A stretch of 64,000 bases of DNA from an uncultured Acidobacteriota bacterium (GTDB lineage Bacteria; Acidobacteriota; Vicinamibacteria; Vicinamibacterales; 2-12-FULL-66-21). The notes below the pieces were generated by a model. The model searched no databases. It was not told the DNA's origin and was given only the letters and a program-made list of their open reading frames with translations. This document shows positions 56,081 to 64,000 of the stretch, piece by piece. The position numbers and the translations under genes were made by a program. Location of the stretch: assembly GCA_963797625.1 (NCBI GenBank), contig CAWCQI010000043.1, positions 9,587 through 73,586 of the forward strand, given 5' to 3'. Position 1 is the first letter of the stretch. Each line of letters opens with the position of its first letter.

Positions 56081-57872
56081 TCACGCCCACACCCTCCGGA
56101 ATACCTGCACAAGCGCAACCGTGCTGGCGAGGAACACGACCCCCAGGAACGCAGCCATGCCCGCGCGCCCGTAGAGGACGTTCCCCACCGCAAACAGCGC
56201 CGACCAGATCGAGGTGCACCCGGCGAACCAGCCGAGCAGCGCGAGTGGAATGTTGTCGGGCGACGCCTGCTCCTCCGGGATACCGGCCGACTCGCGCGCG
56301 CCGGCGCCAGCCCGGGCCCGCGGGCTTGACCTTCCGGCAGAACTCCTCCAGTACCCGCTCGTCTGTCGCCGGTCCCGCGAATGCCGTCGCAACCCACAGC
56401 ACCGTTGTCGTCAGCACCGTGATGATGAGCGCGGCGTGCGTGCTGAAGTGGACGCCGTTGCGGCTGAGGACGAGCAGCCCGACGGAGACGGCGAACGAGG
56501 CGATCATCGCGACGACCTCGCACCACGCGTTGACCCGCCACCAGAACCACCGGACGAGATACAACAGGCCGGTGCCGGCGCCGATCTGCAGGATCACGTC
56601 GAAGGCCTCCTTCGCGGTGTCGAGGAGGTAGACGAGGAACGACGACGCGATGAACAGTCCGACGGTCACCATGCGGCCAGCGCGCACGTAATGGTGCTCG
56701 TCCGCATCCTTGCGGATGAATCGCCGGTAGAAATCGTGGACCAGGTATGACGCACCCCAGTTGAGGTGTGTGAGGATGGTCGAAGAATTGGCGGCGATCA
56801 GTCCGCCGACCATCAGCCCGACGAAGCCCGCCGGCAGGAATTTCAACATCGCGGGATAGGCGATGTCGTGCCCGAGGAGGCTCGGATCGAGATTCGGGAA
56901 CGCGTCCTGGATGTCCGAGAGCTCGGGATAGACGAGGATCGACGCGAGCCCGACGAGGATCCACGGCCACGGACGCAGCACGTAGTGGGCGATGTTGAAG
57001 AACAGCACGGCGCCCAGCGAGTCCCGCTCCGATCGCGAGGCGAGCATCCGCTGCGCGATGTAGCTGCCGCCACCCGGCTCCGCCCCTGGATACCAGACCG
57101 CCCACCACTGCACTGCGATCGGCATGATGAAGACTGCGACGGCAAGGTCCCAGGTGTTGGTGAAGTCTGGCACGACCCGCAGATAATCCACTCCGCCGGG
57201 CCCCCGCATCGTCGAGAGCTTGTCGATCAGGGCGGACAGGCCGCCGACCTGCGGCGCGTGCACCGCGAAGTAGGCGGCAGCGATCACCGCCGTCATCTTG
57301 ATGAAGAACTGGATCATGTCGATGACGAGGACGCCCCAGAGGCCGGAGTGCGCCGCGAACGCGACGTTCAGCACTCCGACCCCGAGCAGGGTCTGCCAGC
57401 GATCCAGCCCGAAGAGAATGCCGGCGATCTTGCAGGCGGCGAGGTTCACGGTCGCCATGATCATGCAGTTGAACAGCAGGCCCAGGTACACTGCCCGGAA
57501 GCCGCGGACGACCGAGGCCGCTGCACCGGAGTATCTGATCTCGTAGAACTCGAGGTCGGTGAGCACGCCCGAGCGCCGCCACAGCCGCGCGTAGAAGAAG
57601 ACCGTGGATACACCGGTCAGCACGAACGCCCACCACACCCAGTTCCCGGCGACGCCGTTGCGGCGGACGATGTCGGTGACGAGGTTGGGAGTGTCGCTGC
57701 TGAAGGTCGTCGCGACCATCGACAGGCCCGCCAGCCACCACGGGACCGAGCGGCCAGACGCGAAGAACTCGGACGTGTTCTTCCCCGCCCGCTTGCCGAA
57801 CAACAGTGCAGGGCCAAAACAAATCGCGAGGCAGAGCCCGGCAATCAGCCAGTCGATGGGCTGCAGATGCAT
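56081..57872 (-). CDS. sodium:solute symporter (SSF) family transporter (one frame break near 56320)
   Basis: MHLQPIDWLIAGLCL...EFFASGRSVPWWLAGLSMVATTFSSDTP...GGGSYIAQRMLA; 13-14 TM spans. The C-terminal piece is in ORF 56081..56392. Confidence 0.85.
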
Positions 57873-57970
57873 AAGAGTGCTGAGGTCGTGTGAAGTGTTG
57901 ACGCGGCGAGCCAAAGAGTAGCGCCATCGCTGTTCCGGCGCCAGCACTCGAACCGGTGAGCTGTGCGGTC

Positions 57971-58036
57971 GCGAGCCGGCCCGGCGGCGAGCGAGGGCGC
58001 GTGTCGGGGAGTCCGAGGGGCGACGCCCCTCGGATG
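57971..58036. repeat. REP-like repeat, family A copy 3 (partial; same orientation as copy 2)
   Basis: GCGAGCCGGCCCGGCGGCGAGCGAGGGCGCGTGTCGGGGAGTCCGAGGGGCGACGCCCCTCGGATG matches the hairpin half of copies 1 and 2. The flank 57930-57970 is only weakly similar. Confidence 0.7.
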
Positions 58037-58129
58037 TGGCTCGTGTCGGGCGTGACATGAAACGGCCGCCTCGGGGCGGCCGCACGTTCTTCCACGATCC
58101 GCTCGTTCCTCAGACTCCGTTCGTCGTCG

Positions 58130-58520
58130 TCACACCTTTCTTCCCCCGCCGTTGCCGTTGCCGTTGCCATTCCCGTTGCCGTTCCCGTTCGCGTTGCTGC
58201 CATTCCCCCCGCCGTTGCCGTTGCCGTTTCCGTTGTTGCCGTTTCCATTGCCCCCGCCGTTGTTGCTGTTGCCATTTCCACTGCCGCTCCCCGTGCCGGG
58301 AGCGCCTGCGCCGCCGGGGTCAGAAGGGCCGGTCCCGCTCGTCGCCTGATTCGCGGAGGCGACCGTCGTGTTGACCTTGTCGGTACGATCCGCCGACGTT
58401 GCCTCCAATCGAGATCAGAATCGTGAAGCTGGCAATCGAGAGGAACGCGGTGAGGAAGGCGTACTCGACGATGTCCTGCCCATCGGCCTCCTTGAAGAGG
58501 CGCCGAACAAGCTGATGCAT
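58130..58520 (-). CDS. flp: Flp/Fap-type (type IVb) pilin with probable long Gly/Asn-rich C-terminal extension (one frame break near 58395)
   Basis: MHQLVRRLFKEADGQDIVEYAFLTAFLSIASFTILISIGGNVGG (Flp G/xxxxEY motif). The next frame continues DKVNTTVASANQATSG...(GN)n...GGGRKV-stop at 58130. Confidence 0.6.
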
Positions 58521-58756
58521 ACGGCGTGGAGACAAGCACAAACGCTTCCAAGACATGCAGCCGGAAATCAGTGGAAAACGGGCACGAATTGACAGTCAGC
58601 GGCCGGCCCTCGGCCGACTCCCCAGAGGAAGTCTATCGTCGGAAAGACTTCGTCCCGCCCAACCCGAACATTCACGCGTCGGCTCGTTTAACCTGCGGTT
58701 GCAGCGCTCGCCTATACTGCGTCCGCGAGCGAGCGACGCCCGCACAGGAGGTTCGC

Positions 58757-59551
58757 ATGGCGGAGTTTGAGACACACCAACCCGGTACCGTCTCGTGGGC
58801 CGAACTGGCGACCACCGATCAGAAGGCGGGCGTCGCCTTCTACCGCGCGCTCTTCGGCTGGGACGTCAACGAGCAACCAATTGGCCCGACCGAGACGTAC
58901 TCGATGTTCCAGGTGCGCGGCAAGGAAGTTGGCGCCGCGTACTCGATGCGGCCGGACGAGCGCCAGACGGGCGTGCCGTCGCACTGGAACCTCTACGTGA
59001 CCGTCAAGAGCGTCGACGAGGCGGCGAAGAAGGCCGAAGGCCTGGGCGCGAAGATCCTGGCGCCCCCGTTCGACGTGATGGACGCCGGGCGCATGGCGGT
59101 CGTGCAGGATCCCACTGGCGCGATCATCCAGATCTGGGAGGCGAAGCGCAGCATCGGCGCGAAGATCCTGGGGGAGCCTGGCGCGCTCTGCTGGAGCGAG
59201 CTGACGACCCGTGACCCCAAGCGCGCCGAAGCGTTCTACACGTCGCTCTTCGGCTGGACGTCGAAGAACAGCTCCGCCGATGCCGGCGGTATGGAATACG
59301 CGGAGTTCAGCAACCAGGGACAGCCCGGCATGGGCATGCTGAAAATGCCGGCCGAGATGCCGGCTGGCACGCCGTCGTACTGGATGCCGTACTTTCAAAC
59401 GACAGACTGCGACGCATCCACGGCCAAGGCGGCCGGGCTGGGCGCCAAGGTCATGGTCCCGCCGCGCGACATTCCAAAGACGGGACGGTTCTCCATCCTG
59501 CAGGATCCGCAGGGCGCGATGTTCGCACTCTTCACATTCGCGTCCGCCTAG
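58757..59551 (+). CDS. two-domain VOC/glyoxalase family protein
   Basis: AGGAGG SD. Duplicated module GTVSWAELATTD...FYRALFGWD...HWNLYVTV / GALCWSELTTRD...FYTSLFGWT...YWMPYFQT. Confidence 0.8.
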   Translation: MAEFETHQPGTVSWAELATTDQKAGVAFYRALFGWDVNEQPIGPTETYSMFQVRGKEVGAAYSMRPDERQTGVPSHWNLYVTVKSVDEAAKKAEGLGAKILAPPFDVMDAGRMAVVQDPTGAIIQIWEAKRSIGAKILGEPGALCWSELTTRDPKRAEAFYTSLFGWTSKNSSADAGGMEYAEFSNQGQPGMGMLKMPAEMPAGTPSYWMPYFQTTDCDASTAKAAGLGAKVMVPPRDIPKTGRFSILQDPQGAMFALFTFASA

Positions 59552-59613
59552 CAGGGCGACGTCGACTCGGGACGCGTGCGGGGGCGACTGAAGCGCCCCC
59601 GCACTGGTCTCCG

Positions 59614-61243
59614 CTACCGGTGCGGTGAGCCTCCCGCACCGCTCTCGAGATGCGCGCGCAGCAAAGCATCGAGATCGTCCAGTCCGGTCGGGACCATCGC
59701 CGGCGCCACCCGCTCTCCTGCCTCGATCAGAAGCCGCACGGTCGTCTCGAAGTCGCCGGTGTCACTTCCCCACCCGTACAGCGCGCCGTAGAGACAATTG
59801 CCCAGCAGCGTGCCGCCGTAGGTGGGATCCGCCACGTTGATGGGCGGCGTGTGCCGCAGCAGCGGCCGCGTCATCCCGGCGTCGCCGAGGAACACGGCCC
59901 ACCGGACAGCTTCGAACTGGTCGGGGCCAGGAACCAGCGCGTCGAAGCCGAGGTCGAGCATCAGGAGCACCGCCGCGGTGTCGCCGGCGTGCGCCCGGTC
60001 AGCAATCAGACGCATCTGACCCTTCGTCAGCGTGGAGACGACCTCGGGGTGCGCAGCAACGACGGCCTCCGCGGCCGCGCGATCCGCGGCCGCGCACGCG
60101 GCGAGCAGCCGCTGCGGAGGCGAGGCATGGCGCAGCAGCAGCTGTACGATGTCGTCGAAGCCGAGCATTCGTGCCGCGTCGAGCGCCGAAACGTTGTGTC
60201 CGAAGACCCAGCGATAGGTGTCGCCACGATGGTCGCCGATCTCCTCCCGCGTCGACGGCCGGCCCCGATGCATCGTCGTGTACTTGCCCTGCCAGGTCCG
60301 ATGGTCGAGCGCCTCAGGATCCTCGGCAAGGCATCGCTCCACCAATCGCTCGTCGCGCAGCCCGACGGCGATGAAGATGTCGTACCACGCCCCGCGGTCG
60401 ACCAGAAACCGTACGACGTGAGGCGCATCCCGGATCAGATACTGCGCCGGCGGTCGATTCGTGATCGACATCCCGGGCATCGATGTCTGCACCATGATCG
60501 AGCAGGTAACGCGCGATCTCGACGGTGCGTGGCGCAGTGGAGGGCGGTCTTGCCGTCGCCGCCGCGCGCGAACACGAGCGACGGGTCGGCGTCGACGAGC
60601 TCGCGGACGCGCTCGAACAGGCCCAGGTGTGCGGCTGCGACGACGTCGACGATGGCGCCTCGCGCGATGAGCGGGGCCGCTTCGTCCGGCGTGAGGTCGG
60701 TTTCGAGCAGCCCGAACGGACCAGCCCACCAGTCGCTCTTCAGATTCAGGTCGGCGCCGTAGGCGATCAGCAGGTCGATCATCGGCAGGTTCCGCCGTGC
60801 CATCATCGCGGGACGGCCGCCAAACGCCCCGACCGGCCCGTTGACCGCCGCGCGCACATCGGCGTGGCCCTCGAGCAGGGTGCGCACCTGTTCGACATCT
60901 CCGGCCCGCAGCGCGCTGCCGAACTGCTCGACCGGCGTCCTCGTGAGAGACTCGATCTTCCGGCGCATGCCGGCCCAGCTGTCGAATCCGTAGCCGCGCG
61001 CGACGACGAGCTGTGCGTCAGCCAGTTTGAGCGCTTCGGGCCCGGCGGCCTGGGGTGCAGCGCATTGATCCGTCGCTGCGCCTCGGGCTCGCCGCGTAAT
61101 GCTGCACGCAGCAGGTTCTTCGCCCGCTTCTGCTGCATCTCCAGGTTGGGATGTGAGGGAAGGGTCTCGAGGAAACGCGGATCGATCCATCTCTGACGCC
61201 ATGACGACACCTCTCGCAGGTTGCGCCCGCTGTCCGCGATCAC
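59614..61243 (-). CDS. ankyrin-repeat-containing protein (2 frame breaks, ~60450 and ~61040; start uncertain)
   Basis: LEMQQKRAKNLLRAALRGEPEA, LIAYGADLN, GDGKTALHCAT / VEIARYLLDHGADIDARD and HVVRFLVDRGA ankyrin-like repeats. Confidence 0.6.
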
Positions 61244-61417
61244 GGGCCGGAGGTTTCGTCAGGCCGGAGGCGATTCGAACGACCGACGACAGGTGGGAGC
61301 ATCCCTTCCCGCGGACGGGGCGCGGCCTGCACGCGCACTCCGAGCATAGCAGGAACGGAAACCACTCCGAACGGGCCCGGCTGGACGGACCGTGACGGTT
61401 GAGCAGGAGACGACGCG

Positions 61418-61795
61418 ATGCGAACGCGCAAGGACAGGGCCGGCGGATCGGGCCGGACGGTTGACGAGTACCTGGCACGCCTGGACGACACGCGCCGGGG
61501 CGTGTTGGAGCGCATGCGCCAGCAGATCCAGGCGGCCGCGCCCGGCGCCGAGGAGTGCATCAACTACGGCGTCTGCGCGTTTCGACTGGACGGCCAGATG
61601 CTGATCGGTTTCGGCGCAGCGGCCAGCCACTGTGCGCTCTACCTGTTCAGCGGCTCGACGATCGCGGCCCACAAGAATCAGCTCGCCGGCTACGAGACGA
61701 GCAAGGGCGCGATTCGATTTCCGGCTGACCGCCCGCTGCCCGCGACGCTGGTGCGGCGCCTGGTCCGGGCCCGCATCGCCGAGAACCGGAGGTAG
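61418..61795 (+). CDS. DUF1801 (YdhG-like) domain protein
   Basis: VDEYLARLDDTRRGVLERMRQQIQAAAPGAEECINYGVCAFRLDGQMLIGFGAAASHCALY...KGAIRFPADRPLPATLVRRLV. Confidence 0.7.
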   Translation: MRTRKDRAGGSGRTVDEYLARLDDTRRGVLERMRQQIQAAAPGAEECINYGVCAFRLDGQMLIGFGAAASHCALYLFSGSTIAAHKNQLAGYETSKGAIRFPADRPLPATLVRRLVRARIAENRR

Positions 61796-61805
61796 CGCCA
61801 TCGTG

Positions 61806-62678
61806 GACTTCGACGCGTAAGCGCATCACGCACATGCACCTGTTCACGCATGCGAAGAAAGAGAGCCTGGGCCAGGCGGGGCGGTGGCAGTCGCCCTATC
61901 ACGACACGATGATCGATCACGACAAGAACGTCGGCCAGGTGCTCGACATCTCGAGGCGCTCGGCATCGCCGACAACACGTTCGTCATGTACGCGACGGAC
62001 AACGGCCCGCACCGGAACTCCTGGCCCGACGGCGGCATGACGCCGTTCCGGAGCGAGAAGGACACGAACTGGGAGGGCGCCTTCCGCATTCCGCTCCTCG
62101 TCCGCTGGCCGAATCAGATCAAAGCGGGCACGATCTCGAACGAGATCGTCCAGCACCACGACTGGCTGCCGACGTTCGTTGCGATGGCCGGCGACGCTGA
62201 CGTGGTCGAGAAGCTGAAGAAGGGATATCAGGCGATCGGCAGGACGTACAAGAACCACATCGACGGCGTCAACCTCCTGCCGTACCTGACCGGCAGGGAG
62301 GGGCACAGCCCGCGGAAGCTGTTCTTCTATATCAGCGACGATGGCGACATCCTCGCCCTCCGATTCGACAACTGGAAGGTCGTCTTCATGGAGCAGCGGT
62401 GCGCGGGCACGCTGAAGGTCTGGGGAGAACCGTTCACGCGGCTGCGCCTGCCCAAGATCTACAACCTGCGCACCGATCCGTACGAGTTCGCGGACGTCAC
62501 GTCGAACTGGTACTACGAGTGGTTCCTCTACCACGCCTACATCCTGTACGGCGCGTTCACGCTGGCCGACAAGTTCGCCGAAACGTTCAAGGAGTTCCCG
62601 ATCATTCAGAAGCCGAACAGCTTCACGATCGACGAAGCGATCAAGATGCTGTCCGAGAACGCCGCCGGCGCCCGCTAG
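61806..62678 (+). pseudogene. arylsulfatase, 5-prime truncated (catalytic N-terminal half missing) plus one frame break near 61950
   Basis: WTSTR..THMHLFTHAKKESLGQAGRWQSPYHDTMIDHDKNVGQVLD / LEALGIADNTFVMYATDNGPH...FRSEKDTNWEGAFRIPLLVRWP. Homology starts right after the DUF1801 stop, and there is no CxPxR region. Confidence 0.7.
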
Positions 62679-62888
62679 CCGGCGCGCCAGCCTGACGGCT
62701 GCGGGCCCACCACGTGAAGCGTCCCGATGAAGAGGTCGTCAGCCTTTGACGGCCTCTTCACCGAGCGTCCTCAAATCCCCCGGCGTCCCCGCACATTGGC
62801 TCAGTAGGATATGCTCTGCTCCCTGGTCGAGCTCTCGTACAGACGGCAGCACAACTGATGGCTGAGGACGTCACCGGCGGCACACTCG

Positions 62889-64000
62889 ATGGACGCGGCT
62901 CACTGGAAGCAGCTCGATAGGCTGCTGCAGTCGGTGCTCGAGCGCCCGGTCGAGCACCGCGACGTGTATCTCCACGAGATCTGCGCCGGCGACGAAGGCC
63001 TCGAGCGCGAGCTCCGCGCACTCGTGGATTCCGAGCGCGCGGCAGCCCAGTTGCTGGACCAGCCGCCGATCGCCATCCCGGCCATCGACTGGACCGGCGT
63101 CGATGCGACCTCCGCGCCGCACGCGACGGACTCACCGATCGGCCGCACCACCTCGCATTACCGCATCCTCGAGCAGATCGGCGCTGGCGGCATGGGCGTC
63201 GTCTACAAGGCGGAAGACGAACGACTTCATCGGCTGGTGGCGGTCAAGTTCCTGGCGGACGACCTGGCCCGGGATCCGGACGCGCTGAATCGCTTCCGCC
63301 GCGAGGCGCGAACCGCCTCCGCGCTGAACCACCCGAACATCTGCACCATCCACGACATCGGCGAACAGGACGGCCGCGCCTTTCTCGTCATGGAGTACCT
63401 CGAAGGCGGCACACTCAAGGACCGGATCGCCGAAAAGGGCGGACTGCCTCTGGACACGGTGCTGACGCTCGGCAGCGAGATCGGCGACGCCCTGGATGCC
63501 GCGCACCACGTCGGTATCGTCCACCGCGACATCAAGCCGGCCAACATCTTCATCGACCGTCGCGGCCACGCCAAGATCCTGGACTTCGGCCTGGCAAAAA
63601 TGTGGAGCGCCGGCGATCAGGATATCGATGCCCGGACGATGACGTCGACGGCGACGCGGGGAGGCATGGTCCTCGGGACAGCCGCGTACATGGCACCCGA
63701 GCAGGCCCGCGGCGAGCCGATCGATCAGCGCGCCGACCTCTGGGCGTTCGGCCTCGTGCTCTATGAAATGCTGAAGGGGACGCGGCCCGTGGCCGCCGTC
63801 CAGCTGCGCCTCGACGAGTCGCCCGGCCTGCAGCGGATCGTCTCCACCTGTCTCGAAACGGATCGCGAGAAGCGATATCAGCACGCGTCCGAGATTCGCG
63901 ACGAACTCCAGCGCCTGAAACGGGACACTGAAGCAACGCCGGCCTCCGGCAGCGGCACGCGGACCGCAATCCGGCGACGCCGGACGCTGATCGTCTGTGC
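62889..64000 (+). CDS. Ser/Thr protein kinase (3-prime partial, runs off window end)
   Basis: Not in the ORF track because it is open-ended. ATG at 62889 gives MDAAHWKQLDRLLQSVLERP..., then ILEQIGAGGMGVVYKAED, VAVKFL, HRDIKPANIF, KILDFGLAK and GTAAYMAPEQ, with no frame break. Confidence 0.85.
   Translation, partial: MDAAHWKQLDRLLQSVLERPVEHRDVYLHEICAGDEGLERELRALVDSERAAAQLLDQPPIAIPAIDWTGVDATSAPHATDSPIGRTTSHYRILEQIGAGGMGVVYKAEDERLHRLVAVKFLADDLARDPDALNRFRREARTASALNHPNICTIHDIGEQDGRAFLVMEYLEGGTLKDRIAEKGGLPLDTVLTLGSEIGDALDAAHHVGIVHRDIKPANIFIDRRGHAKILDFGLAKMWSAGDQDIDARTMTSTATRGGMVLGTAAYMAPEQARGEPIDQRADLWAFGLVLYEMLKGTRPVAAVQLRLDESPGLQRIVSTCLETDREKRYQHASEIRDELQRLKRDTEATPASGSGTRTAIRRRRTLIVC

Noticed and set aside
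58152-58349. Plus-strand ORF encoding PLPLPFPLPF... and the question of whether the hexamer array is a non-coding microsatellite
   Set aside because: The Pro/Leu/Phe peptide is just the antisense reading of the GGCAAC-type repeats. The sense Gly/Asn frame is contiguous with the Flp pilin after one base correction and ends in a proper stop.
55846-58551. 901-aa minus-strand ORF
   Set aside because: It runs through family C and family A repeats, the wrong frame of the symporter gene and the GN-repeat region. It has no coherent domain and a low-complexity, Arg-rich composition.

Overview
Very GC-rich (about 70% by eye) bacterial chromosomal segment. The gene content looks like an Acidobacteriota-type soil bacterium: CarboxypepD_reg-type TonB-dependent receptors, Ser/Thr kinases fused to TolB-like beta-propellers, and many small secreted hypothetical proteins. 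That taxon call is inference only. About 60 protein-coding genes can be supported, mostly housekeeping or metabolic. They include pfk, purA, hutH-hutU, rnc, cutA, ftsB, Ku, two PLP enzymes of sulfur amino-acid metabolism, an M4 protease, a ROK kinase, a HAD hydrolase, a sodium:solute symporter, an ABC transporter, a BlaI/BlaR1 pair, a MarR-SRPBCC pair and a HAMP-PP2C phosphatase. I found no rRNA, tRNA, CRISPR array, transposase, integrase, reverse transcriptase or recognisable defence system. Four things stand out. (1) Many conserved genes are interrupted by single-base frame breaks that cluster in blocks, while neighbouring blocks (including a 2991-nt ORF) are clean; this looks like consensus indel error rather than biology. 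(2) There are three unrelated families of non-coding intergenic repeats: a REP-like hairpin element (3 copies), a ~170-180 bp MITE-like element with 22-26 bp terminal inverted repeats (2 copies), and a ~260-310 bp composite element with GGAGG/CACGG-rich inverted arms around a core (2 full copies plus 1 half copy). (3) An orphan Flp-type pilin gene probably carries a long Gly/Asn hexanucleotide-repeat tail. (4) There are two gene remnants: a 5-prime-truncated arylsulfatase, and the last ~23 codons of a DUF1080-like paralog abutting a repeat. All product calls rest on motif recognition in the supplied translations. No searches were run, and coordinates of frame-broken genes are approximate.
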